From an uncultured Acidobacteriota bacterium (lineage in GTDB: Bacteria > Acidobacteriota > Thermoanaerobaculia > Multivoradales > UBA5704), in NCBI GenBank assembly GCA_963770895.1, contig CAVYRF010000002.1, positions 2,560,001 through 2,624,000 on the forward strand: a stretch of DNA of 64,000 nt, read 5' to 3'. The position numbers and the translations under genes are program-made. This document shows, piece after piece, positions 1 to 8,809 of this stretch (positions within the stretch are counted from its first letter, which is position 1; each line of letters starts with the position of its first letter). Below the pieces are notes generated by a model that saw only the letters and a program-made list of their open reading frames with translations, was not told the origin of the DNA and did not search any database.

Positions 1-328
1 CATCTCCTACCTGCCGGTCTCCGACCTGCTGTTCGCGGTCACGGAAGCCAAGGCCGACAAGCTGCTGACCGCCGCCGAAGCGCAAGCCCAGGGCATCGCC
101 CAGGGGCAGCCCATGCTGGCGTTCGAATTGAAAGCCGGGCAGGCGGGCAGCGAGACCCTGACGATCTACCCGGCCCTGACCGGCGCCATCCAGGGCGTGC
201 CGGCGCGGGCCAGCGGCCGCGACGTCGTGCTGCTGCTGCCGGCCGCCAAGCTGGCGGACATCCAGCAGCGCCTGCAGGCGGTGCGCGCCGAACCGGCCAT
301 GGCCGCCGCCAAACCAGCCAAGAAATAA
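1..328 (+). CDS. 3' part of a hypothetical protein, truncated at the window edge (possibly a DUF4340-like exported protein)
   Basis: Frame open from base 2 (ISYLPVSDLLFAVTEAKADKLL...AKPAKK) to TAA at 326-328, with GC3-rich codons. The family guess is weak. Confidence 0.55.
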   Translation, partial: ISYLPVSDLLFAVTEAKADKLLTAAEAQAQGIAQGQPMLAFELKAGQAGSETLTIYPALTGAIQGVPARASGRDVVLLLPAAKLADIQQRLQAVRAEPAMAAAKPAKK

Positions 329-357
329 AAACGCCGGGGCCTCCGTGGCCCCGGCGT
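327..357 (-). terminator. Intrinsic terminator between convergent genes
   Basis: Perfect 11-bp stem ACGCCGGGGCC (331-341) / GGCCCCGGCGT (347-357), flanked by an A-run that reads as a U-tract on the minus strand. A second 10-bp hairpin lies at 375-403. Confidence 0.7.
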
Positions 358-443
358 CTCGGTCGTCTGCGGACGCCCGCGGCGGGCGGGTGGCGCCGCG
401 GGCGGGCTTCCTACGGTGGAGTGGCCGGCAGCGCTGCCTGACG

Positions 444-1955
444 CTACCGCCCCTGCTTGCGCAGCTCGCTGTGCTTGGCGCCGTAGACAAAGTAGATGAC
501 GACGCCGATCACCATCCAGACGACCAGGCGCAGCCAGGTGGCGCCGGGGAGGCCGGCCATCAGGCCGAGCGCCACCAGGGCCGAAAGCGCCGGCACCACG
601 GGAACGAACGGCACGCGGAAGGCGCGCTGCAGGTTGGGCTGCGTGCGGCGCATCACGATGATGCCGAGCGAGACGATGACGAAGGCCAGCAGGGTGCCGA
701 TGCTGACCAGCTCGCCGAGGGTGGTGATGGGGGTGAAGCCCGCGGCCAGGGCGACCACCACGCCGGTGATGATCGTCGTGACGTAGGGGGTGCGGAAGCG
801 CGGGTGGACCTTCTTGGCCCAGCCTGGCAGCAGCCCGTCGTTGGCCATCGACATGAAAATGCGCGGCTGGCCGAGCATCATGACCACCATCACCGACGAC
901 AGGCCGGCGATGGCGCCCAGCTTGACCAGGAACGGCATCACGTGCATCAGCGACGCCATGAAGCCGCCGCCCACCTGCGACTTGGCGGCGTCGATCGCCA
1001 CCGCCATCGGGGCCGGCACGCCCAGCTCGGTATAGGGGACCAGGCCGACCATCACGCCCGAGACCAGCACGTACAGGATGGTGCACAGCACCAGCGACCC
1101 CAGGATGCCGATCGGCATGTCGCGCTGCGGGTTGCGCGCCTCCTGCGCCGCCGTCGACACGGCGTCGAAGCCGATGTAGGCGAAGAAGATGACGCCGGCG
1201 CCGCGCAGGATGCCGCTCCAGCCGTACTTGCCGAACTCGCCGGTGTTGGCCGGGATGAAGGGGTGCCAGTTGCCGGTATGCAGGTACATGCTGCCGGCGG
1301 CGATCACCATCAGCACCACCGCCAGCTTGAGGATGACGATCACCGCGTTGACCCGCGCCGACTCCTGGATGCCGACCACCAGCAGAGCGGTCACCAGGCC
1401 GACGATGATCACCGCCGGCAGGTTGAACACCGCGGTGACGTGCGGGCCGCTGGCGGCCATCGCCATGGCACCCTCGCCCACCGCCACGCGGGTTCCCGGC
1501 GCGGCGCTGAGCGCGGCGGGAAACTGGATGCCAAAATCCTTGAGGAAGCTGACCACGTAGCCCGACCAGCCCACCGCCACGGTGGCGGCGCCGAGGGCGT
1601 ATTCCAGGATCAGGTCCCAGCCGATGATCCAGGCCACGAACTCACCCAGCGTGGCGTAGCCGTAGGTGTAGGCGGAGCCGGCGATGGGCACGGAGGAGGC
1701 GAACTCGGCGTAGCACAGGCCGGCCAGGGCGCTGGCGAATCCTGCCAGCACCATCGACAGGACGATGGCCGGGCCGGCGTACGCCGCCGCGGCCTGGCCG
1801 GTGAGAACGAAGATGCCGGTGCCGATGATGGCGCCGATGCCCAGGGTTGTCAGGTCGAGCGCGGTCAGCACGCGCTTCAGACTGTGCTCGCCGCTGGCCG
1901 CGGCCTCCTGCTTGAGCTGCTCGATCGGCTTGGTCGCTAACAGCGGGTTGGCCAT
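444..1955 (-). CDS. APC-family amino acid permease (cationic amino acid transporter-like)
   Basis: Starts [10 protein letters not shown]; motifs [36 protein letters not shown]; multiple TM segments. The 1063-aa track ORF is an upstream extension artefact. Confidence 0.93.
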   Translation of the reverse strand: MANPLLATKPIEQLKQEAAASGEHSLKRVLTALDLTTLGIGAIIGTGIFVLTGQAAAAYAGPAIVLSMVLAGFASALAGLCYAEFASSVPIAGSAYTYGYATLGEFVAWIIGWDLILEYALGAATVAVGWSGYVVSFLKDFGIQFPAALSAAPGTRVAVGEGAMAMAASGPHVTAVFNLPAVIIVGLVTALLVVGIQESARVNAVIVILKLAVVLMVIAAGSMYLHTGNWHPFIPANTGEFGKYGWSGILRGAGVIFFAYIGFDAVSTAAQEARNPQRDMPIGILGSLVLCTILYVLVSGVMVGLVPYTELGVPAPMAVAIDAAKSQVGGGFMASLMHVMPFLVKLGAIAGLSSVMVVMMLGQPRIFMSMANDGLLPGWAKKVHPRFRTPYVTTIITGVVVALAAGFTPITTLGELVSIGTLLAFVIVSLGIIVMRRTQPNLQRAFRVPFVPVVPALSALVALGLMAGLPGATWLRLVVWMVIGVVIYFVYGAKHSELRKQGR

Positions 1956-1984
1956 ACTGGGTGACCTCCGAGGGGGTTGATCTT

Positions 1985-3571
1985 TCAGGGCTCCATGGCG
2001 CCGGTAGCGCCGGCGGCGTCCGACAGGCCGGCGGCGGTAGCCGGCGGCGGGCCGGAGCGACGCCACAGCAGGTAGACCGGAATGCCTGTCAGCACGATCA
2101 GCAGGCCGGGCCAGGTGGTTTGAGTGCGGTACAGCAGCAGCACCACTTCGATCGCCACGGCGGCCACCAGGTACAGCGCGGGGACCAATGGGTAGCCGAG
2201 GGCGCGGTAGGGGCGCGGGGCATCGGGCCTGGTGCGCCGCAGCCGGAAGATGCCGGCGATGGTCAGGATGTAGAAGATCACCACCGAGAACACCACGTAG
2301 TCGAGCAGGTTGCTGTACAGGTTGCCGTACTGCGCGTGGCCGCCGGCGTCGAGCAGCGGCGCCCCCGCGGCGTCGCGCAGGCGGGTGCGCGGCAGCACCA
2401 GCAGCGACGCCCACACGCACTGCAAGGCCAGGCCGAAGGCCGGCACGTGACGCCGGTTGAGCCGCCCGGTGGCGCGGAAGAACAGGTTGTCGCAGGCCAT
2501 CGCGTAGTAGACCCGCGGCCCGGAGAGGATCAGGCCGTTGTCGCAGCCGAACGTCGAGATGATGATCGCCACCGCCATGATCGTCGCGCCGACGGGCCCG
2601 AAGATCGCCTGCAGGGCGGCGGTCGCCACGCGGTCGTCGGGGGCGTGCTGGATGGCGGTCAGGGGCAGCGTCACCAGGTAGCTGACGTTGGCCAGCACGT
2701 AGAGCCCGATCACCAGGATGGTGCCGCTGGCCAGGGCGAGCGGCAGCGTGCGGCGCGGGTTCTTGACCTCGGCGGAGGCGAAGGTGATGTTGTTCCAGGC
2801 GTCGGACGAAAACAGCGACCCGACCTGCGACACGCAGATCGCCACCAGCAGCCCGACCGCGCCGGCGCTGGCCGCGATCTGCGGCACGAACGGCAGATCG
2901 GGCCGGATCGGCGTCACGCCGCGCGGCGTCCACATGTCGTGGAAGTTGGCGGCGATGGCGGCGTGGTTGCGGCCCACCAGGATGCCGAGCAGCACCAGCG
3001 CGGCCAGCGACAGGGTCTTGGCGGCGGTGAAGGTGTTCTGCACCAGCTTGCCCAGCTTGATGCCGCGGGTATTGAGGATGCTGAGAAAGACGATCAGCAG
3101 GATGCCGACCAGCTGCTGCAACGACAGCGACACCGCGTACCCGGACGACAGGTCGATCGGCGGCACGATCCAGGCGTCGGGCGAGATCGCCGGCACCAGC
3201 ACGCCCAGAAACCGGGCGAAACCGACGGCGACCGCGGCGATGGTGCCGGTCTGGATCACCAGGAACAGCGTCCACCCGTACAGAAAACCCCACAGCGGCG
3301 AGTAGGCCTCCCGCAGGTAGACGTATTGGCCGCCGGCCCGCGGCATCATCGCCGCCAGCTCGCCATAGGAGAGGGCGGCGGCGACGGTCAGCAGCCCGGT
3401 CACCACCCACACCGCCAGCAGCCATCCGCTGGCCCCCACCTGGCGGGTGATGTCGGCGGGGACGATGAAGATCCCGGAGCCGATCATCGACCCCGCCACC
3501 ATCATCGTCGAGTCCAAAGGTCCCAGCTCGCGGACGAAGCCGGTGCCTTCCGCTTCTGACTCTGTCGGCAT
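1985..3571 (-). CDS. APC-family amino acid permease (LAT/SteT-like)
   Basis: Motifs [49 protein letters not shown]; AAGGAG upstream of ATG 3571. Confidence 0.92.
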   Translation of the reverse strand: MPTESEAEGTGFVRELGPLDSTMMVAGSMIGSGIFIVPADITRQVGASGWLLAVWVVTGLLTVAAALSYGELAAMMPRAGGQYVYLREAYSPLWGFLYGWTLFLVIQTGTIAAVAVGFARFLGVLVPAISPDAWIVPPIDLSSGYAVSLSLQQLVGILLIVFLSILNTRGIKLGKLVQNTFTAAKTLSLAALVLLGILVGRNHAAIAANFHDMWTPRGVTPIRPDLPFVPQIAASAGAVGLLVAICVSQVGSLFSSDAWNNITFASAEVKNPRRTLPLALASGTILVIGLYVLANVSYLVTLPLTAIQHAPDDRVATAALQAIFGPVGATIMAVAIIISTFGCDNGLILSGPRVYYAMACDNLFFRATGRLNRRHVPAFGLALQCVWASLLVLPRTRLRDAAGAPLLDAGGHAQYGNLYSNLLDYVVFSVVIFYILTIAGIFRLRRTRPDAPRPYRALGYPLVPALYLVAAVAIEVVLLLYRTQTTWPGLLIVLTGIPVYLLWRRSGPPPATAAGLSDAAGATGAMEP

Positions 3572-3908
3572 CGGGTACGCTCTCCTTGGCGTGGCGCGCA
3601 AAAAGTGCCGTCATCCTACAGGCAGGAAGCGCCAAATGTCACGACGGCGCGGCATTTCAGCCGCGCCGCGGGCTCCGACCCCCAATCCGCTTGCTGCCTG
3701 CCGGCGGGCCGCTGCTGCCGATGTAGAGCAGGCTGCCGTGCCGCCCCCCACGCCGGTCGGCGCCCACAGCACGCCGCCGGGCGAGCCTGGCAGCTGCTGC
3801 AGGGCACCCTGACAGGCCGCTACCGGGAGCTCCCAGCCGTAGCGTTCGCGCAACCGCAGAATTATCAGGCAGAGCCGGAAACCCTGTGGTCGCTCAAGAT
3901 GCGACTCA

Positions 3909-4324
3909 TCACCGGCCCGTGCGGGCCGCAAGCAACCTGCGAAGGCTTATAAGGAGCCATTTTATTGGAACCTGGAATGGGCGCAAATACCAGAAGCGCC
4001 GCGACATGTAGGACCTCATCAGAGTGTCGCGCCAGCGATTGGCTGCGGCTTCGCGCACGTTGTAGTCTTTTGATAGCGCTCGGTCGATGTGATGACCGAT
4101 CTCGTGATAGAGGGTTCGCGACACAAGGGCTTCCCGAACTGCACTGCGCCGCAGAAGCCATACGGGCCAGCCATGAGCAATGGCGTCAATGTAGAGGTCT
4201 ATAGCCGCTGCCCTCGCAGCCCCTGGAGACGAGCTGAAGGCACGGCTTGCACCAGACACTCAACCGTCCCATGGAAGTCGATTGGTAGGTTGAACGTCCC
4301 AAAGTCATCAACAACTCGCACCAT
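3909..4324 (-). pseudogene. Disrupted HEXXH (zincin-like) hypothetical gene
   Basis: An N-terminal fragment MVRVVDDFGTFNLPIDF...VPSARLQGL (ATG 4324, TAG 4199-4201) and, in another frame, a C-terminal part IDLYIDAI...LYHEIGHHID...RRFWYL to 3909. GC is lower than in the flanks. Confidence 0.5.
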
Positions 4325-4409
4325 CGGAGGTTTCTACGTCCTTTTCCCGTGGTCCCAGGGTAGACGGCTGGATCACGCCGGCGGCCATGGGTACCAGCGG
4401 TGACCGATC

Positions 4410-4964
4410 CTAAACCCAGCGCTCGATCCCAAGGCTACCGAGCTCGCCCGCGAGTGCATGAATCTCCTGCTCGCGCGGGGTATACACCTCCATGTAGTTG
4501 TCGTGGCTTGTGTAGACGACCAAGGCCGCCGGGATTGAGATCACATGTGCGTCGAAGCCGAATGCGATTGCCAGGCGTGCCATGCCAAGTGCCAATGCAT
4601 ATTCCGTCTCGTCAAACAGGTGGCAAGGCGCTTCCTTGATCCAGCGCCGTTCTCCGTATCCGGCGCGGACTGCTCTCCACAAATCAGCGAAGCCGCCCCC
4701 CCTGACATCCCAATCCAAAAGCCAGATCGCCCATGACCTGGCACTTGGAGCCGCTTGAAACAGTGTGTCAACCAGCCTCGCTTGCAGGACTGAGGAATCC
4801 GGCAATTTCAGCTGAAGCGCTTCCGACTGAACTTGCGCAGGCAACGCCGCGCCGTCAGTCGACTGCTGGGACAAAATAAAACCCGCATAGAGATCCTCCT
4901 CATCCATCTTGATCCCTCGCGCTAGCAAGTAGGCGGAGCCCTCAGCAGCAGTAAGGCATATCAT
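4410..4964 (-). CDS. Hypothetical protein, putative immunity protein for the RHS toxin
   Basis: 184 aa (MICLTAAEGS...SHDNYMEV...), first gene downstream of the RHS C-terminal toxin and inside the same low-GC island. The function is inferred from position only. Confidence 0.6.
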   Translation of the reverse strand: MICLTAAEGSAYLLARGIKMDEEDLYAGFILSQQSTDGAALPAQVQSEALQLKLPDSSVLQARLVDTLFQAAPSARSWAIWLLDWDVRGGGFADLWRAVRAGYGERRWIKEAPCHLFDETEYALALGMARLAIAFGFDAHVISIPAALVVYTSHDNYMEVYTPREQEIHALAGELGSLGIERWV

Positions 4965-5161
4965 CGTGGTCTCATCCTGGTCAGATTCGAAAAGGCCTGG
5001 TGCAATGGCGAGAACGCCTGGCCCAGGTCCTCTGCGAGCTGGCACCGAGCATCAGCAAAACTTCGTTATCTATTAACATGCCTAGTCTCGCTTCCTAGCG
5101 CGCCAAGAGCGCGAGAAAAATCAACCCTGTCGCCAAGGCAGGTTCGGAAAGTGGGCGCAAG

Positions 5162-8100
5162 TTAGCCACTTGAGCCATCCGTCGAAGGTGCCAGCGGACA
5201 GCCGGGTAAGAACGGCAGTAGTATGCAAGGGCTAATAATCGGAAATAGCATTGGAGCAAAAGGATCTGGAGGTTCGATGCCGAGGGGCGCGTCTTGCGGA
5301 GTTGGCGCTGGGTGTGCCTCCGAATCTGGGACTTCATTGCCAACTTCATCCAACTTCCAGGATCTATTGCCATCGTTCAGGTCCCAGTGATCTTTGCCGA
5401 TTGCACGTCTGCCACCAGGATTGAATGGCCCCTTAGGCTCCTTGTGCCAGCTGCACTCGAGCTGAGTACCTGGGATTTTCCACTTTCCGCCACGCTTGTC
5501 TTGAGGATTGTTGATCCAACGCCAAGTCCCATTGGGCATCTGCGGCACCCCCTGCGGCTGGCCTTCAGGTGTTGTTGGTCCATAACCGGGGGGCAGCGGT
5601 GACGGTGGACCAGGCGGATGCGGTGTCCATCCGTCCGGATCGAATAGGTTGAGTGGGTCGTTTAAAGAATACGCATACAGATCGGAGCCAGCCGTTGCTG
5701 CGCCATCGCGGCTTTCCCAGCGGCCCAGATTGGGGTCGTAGGCGCGATATTTGGTCAGGTTGAGGCCGGAGGGCGAGTGGTAGTACTGGCCGGCGAAGCC
5801 GAAGCGGGGCGGGGTGCCCTGGTTGATGGTGAGGCGGCCCCAGGGGTCGTAGTCGTAGCGGCTGACGACGGTGCCGCTGGTGTTGGTGACTTCGCGGACG
5901 CTGCCCAGGTGGTCGTAGGAGAAGTAGTAGTAGCTGGGGCCGGACTGCATGCCGTTGGGGAAGAAGCGGGTCAGGATGTTTTCGTTGGGACAGGTGATGG
6001 TGTCGACGCCGGGGATGGCGGTGGCGGTGCCGCCGTAGTGCACGCTGATCGAATGGGCGGAGCCGGTATAGATCGAGAGTGTCGAGTAGGTGAAGCCGTG
6101 ATCGCCGTTGCCGATGCCGGCGTTGAGCAGGTCCTGGCGGAAGGTGCCGGCGGCGATGGTGGCAAGCAGGGTAGTGCCATCGTAGATGTCGACATCGATG
6201 GCATCGTTTGGTTCATTGGCATCCCAGGCCCAGCCGGCGATCTGGGTGCAGTCGGCGGCGTCCAGGTTGCCACCGAAGCTGGGGGCCGGGCAGGTGAGAT
6301 CGATGGTGCCGCCGATGGGGATGCTGGTGCCACCGATCTTGAGCGAAACGGTGTGCTGAGTGTTGGTCTTGAAGGCGACCGGGGTGTTGAAGAAGAATCC
6401 GTGGTTGCCGTTGCCGATGCCGGCGTTGAGCAGATCCTGGCGGAAGGTGTTGGCCTGCACGGCGGCGACCGGCGTGGTGCCGTCGTAAATGTCGACATTG
6501 ATCGGCGCATCGGGCTGGTTGGCGTCCCAGGCCCAGCCGGCGATCTGGTTGCAGTTGGCGGCGCCAAAGGAGCCGGAGAAGCTGGCCTGGGCGCAGGTCA
6601 GGGTCTGGGTGCCGAGCACAAAGGTGCTGCCGCTGGGAGTTACGGTGACGGTGTGCGCGGCGCCGGTCTTGAGCGATGCCGGGGTGTTGAAAAAGAAGCC
6701 GTGGTTGCCGTTGCCGGCGCCGGCGGCGCGCACGTCGGCGCGGAAGGCGCTGGCCAGGGTGGTGGCGGTCTTGGTCGAGCCGTCGTAGATGTCGACGTCG
6801 ATCGGCGCGTTGGGGGTGGCAGGGTTCCAGGCCCAGCCGACCAGCTGGTCGCAGTGGATGTAGTTGACCCCGCCCAGGGGCACCGGTCCGAGGCCGGGCG
6901 CGGTCGTGGCGTCGGTCTCTTCGGCGATCTGATCGCCGATCCAGATGTAGTGGCGACTGGTCTGCGCCACGCCGTTCAGCTTTTCGGTGATCTGCACCCG
7001 CCGGCCCAGGCCGTCGTAGGTGAACTCGCTGCGCTGGGTGCCGATGTTGATCGCGGTCAACCGGTTTTCGGCATCCCATTCGTAGGTGCGGGTGCCGTCC
7101 GACAGGACGTTGCCGTTGGCGTCGTACTGAAACGCCGCACCGCCGGCGGTGGTCACCACGGCGGTGGCCAGTGCCTGCACCTGCGGGTCGGCGTGGCTCG
7201 CGGCCGTGATGGTCACCGCGCCGTCGGTCGAAGGCGCGGTGAACAGACCGGTCGGGTCGATCGTGCCGGCCGAGGCCGACCAGGCGACCGTGGTGTCGGC
7301 GGCGCCGGTCACGGTGGCAGTGTACTGCTGCATCGCGCCGGCGGCCATGGGTACCTCGGCCGGCGTGATGCTCACCGATACAGCTGGAGCGGTGCTTACC
7401 GTGATCGTGACCACCCCCTGCACCGGACCTCCGGCGTCGGTCGCCTGGGCCACGACGTGGTAGACGCCCGGCGTCGCCGGGGCGGTGTAGACGCCGGAGC
7501 TGGAAACGATGCCTCCGCCGGCGCCCTCTTCGACGCTCCAGGCGACGGCCGGATTGATCACACCGCTGACCCGGGCGGTAAACGTCTGGCTGGCGCCCGG
7601 CGCCAGGCTGGCCGACGAGGGCAGCAGGATCAGGTCTTCGCCCACCGTGACGGTGCCATTGCCGGACTTGGTCGGATCGGCGGCCGAGGTGGCGGTGACA
7701 GTGTAGACACCTGGCGTTGCCGGAGCGGTGAACAGACCGTTGGCGGCGATCGCCGCCGGCGCCGGCCCGGCCACCGACCAGGTGACGGCCTGATTGGGGT
7801 GCGGCGCGGCGTTGACATCTTCGACCACCGCTGTGAATGGCTCCTGCTGACCGGAGTCGATCACCGACCGCGCCGGCGATACGGCGACGCCGGCGACCGG
7901 CATGGCGCTGTCGACCGCGACCTGTGCGGTGCCGGTAGCCGCCACCGGCCCACCGGCGGTCTGGGCGGTGACTGTATAGGTGCCGGGCGCAATCCCCGCC
8001 GGGATCTGCAACGCTCCGGCGGAAGAGACGGTACCGCCGGGCATATTGGTAGACCACTCCACCGCCTGCTGGCTGCCGGTGACGTCGGCCGCAAACTCGA

Positions 8101-8809
8101 CCGCGGAGCCGGGCGTGGCCACGACCATGTTCGGCGTGACCATCATCACGACCACGTTCACCGTTGCGACCGCCGGATTCAGGCCTTCGTTGACATCGTC
8201 GTCATTGGTTACATAGACATGGAACACGCCGCCTGGCTGGTTGACAAAGTGTTCGTATACGCCTGTCGGACCGTCTCCGAAGCCTCCGCTTCCGACGGCT
8301 TGCCCGTTGGGATCGTCGGTGAACCAGATGTAAGAAGGGTTGGTCGAATTGACCACGCTGGCGGTGAAGGTCACAGGCTGGATGCCGGCGACCGTCGCAC
8401 TGGTGGGCGAAATGGAGGTCGTCGGCGGCGCCGGGACCGTGATCGGAAAGGAAGCGGTGACCGAGTCGGCACCAGCGTACAAGACGAAATATCCCTGGGT
8501 CGTACCCGCGGTGACCGTAACCTTGTTGCCATTGGGTGCCAGCGTCAGACCGGTCGGCGGGACGACCGACCAGGTGATGGGGTCGAAGATGTCGTACACG
8601 TTCGCGGTATACACCTGCGATTCGGTCTGATCGAGGATTGATGGACCGCTGATGGTGATGCTGGGCGGCTGCGCCGCCAGACGCGGCCCAGCTGCCCAAA
8701 CCGCTCCAGCCGCCGCCAGCGCCATCAGCACACGACGCATCCGCGGCCACCGCCCACTCCGCCCGTTTCGGTCGCCGGCGCCGGCTGCCGCCAAGATCTC
8801 AGTTTTCAT
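5162..8809 (-). CDS. RHS protein part B: signal peptide, 6 Ig-like domains, terminal YD repeats with 3 inserted beta-rich repeats, RHS-associated core and C-terminal toxin
   Basis: AAGGAGG then ATG 8809. Signal peptide RRVLMALAAAGAVWAAGPRLAA-Q. YD motifs YDANGNVLSDGTRTYEWDAENRL and YDGLGRR. Core DHLGSVR...YDYDPWG...FAGQYY...YRAYDPNLGRW...NDPLNLFDPDG. Confidence 0.9.
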   Translation of the reverse strand: MKTEILAAAGAGDRNGRSGRWPRMRRVLMALAAAGAVWAAGPRLAAQPPSITISGPSILDQTESQVYTANVYDIFDPITWSVVPPTGLTLAPNGNKVTVTAGTTQGYFVLYAGADSVTASFPITVPAPPTTSISPTSATVAGIQPVTFTASVVNSTNPSYIWFTDDPNGQAVGSGGFGDGPTGVYEHFVNQPGGVFHVYVTNDDDVNEGLNPAVATVNVVVMMVTPNMVVATPGSAVEFAADVTGSQQAVEWSTNMPGGTVSSAGALQIPAGIAPGTYTVTAQTAGGPVAATGTAQVAVDSAMPVAGVAVSPARSVIDSGQQEPFTAVVEDVNAAPHPNQAVTWSVAGPAPAAIAANGLFTAPATPGVYTVTATSAADPTKSGNGTVTVGEDLILLPSSASLAPGASQTFTARVSGVINPAVAWSVEEGAGGGIVSSSGVYTAPATPGVYHVVAQATDAGGPVQGVVTITVSTAPAVSVSITPAEVPMAAGAMQQYTATVTGAADTTVAWSASAGTIDPTGLFTAPSTDGAVTITAASHADPQVQALATAVVTTAGGAAFQYDANGNVLSDGTRTYEWDAENRLTAINIGTQRSEFTYDGLGRRVQITEKLNGVAQTSRHYIWIGDQIAEETDATTAPGLGPVPLGGVNYIHCDQLVGWAWNPATPNAPIDVDIYDGSTKTATTLASAFRADVRAAGAGNGNHGFFFNTPASLKTGAAHTVTVTPSGSTFVLGTQTLTCAQASFSGSFGAANCNQIAGWAWDANQPDAPINVDIYDGTTPVAAVQANTFRQDLLNAGIGNGNHGFFFNTPVAFKTNTQHTVSLKIGGTSIPIGGTIDLTCPAPSFGGNLDAADCTQIAGWAWDANEPNDAIDVDIYDGTTLLATIAAGTFRQDLLNAGIGNGDHGFTYSTLSIYTGSAHSISVHYGGTATAIPGVDTITCPNENILTRFFPNGMQSGPSYYYFSYDHLGSVREVTNTSGTVVSRYDYDPWGRLTINQGTPPRFGFAGQYYHSPSGLNLTKYRAYDPNLGRWESRDGAATAGSDLYAYSLNDPLNLFDPDGWTPHPPGPPSPLPPGYGPTTPEGQPQGVPQMPNGTWRWINNPQDKRGGKWKIPGTQLECSWHKEPKGPFNPGGRRAIGKDHWDLNDGNRSWKLDEVGNEVPDSEAHPAPTPQDAPLGIEPPDPFAPMLFPIISPCILLPFLPGCPLAPSTDGSSG

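Noticed and set aside
1956-3635. 1063-aa track ORF suggesting a giant permease
   Set aside because: The upstream half is an off-frame reading over the second permease. Homology begins at MANPLL (1955).
5095-5373. 92-aa minus-strand ORF as the immunity gene
   Set aside because: It mostly overlaps the toxin tip in another frame, has no SD and has no recognisable features.
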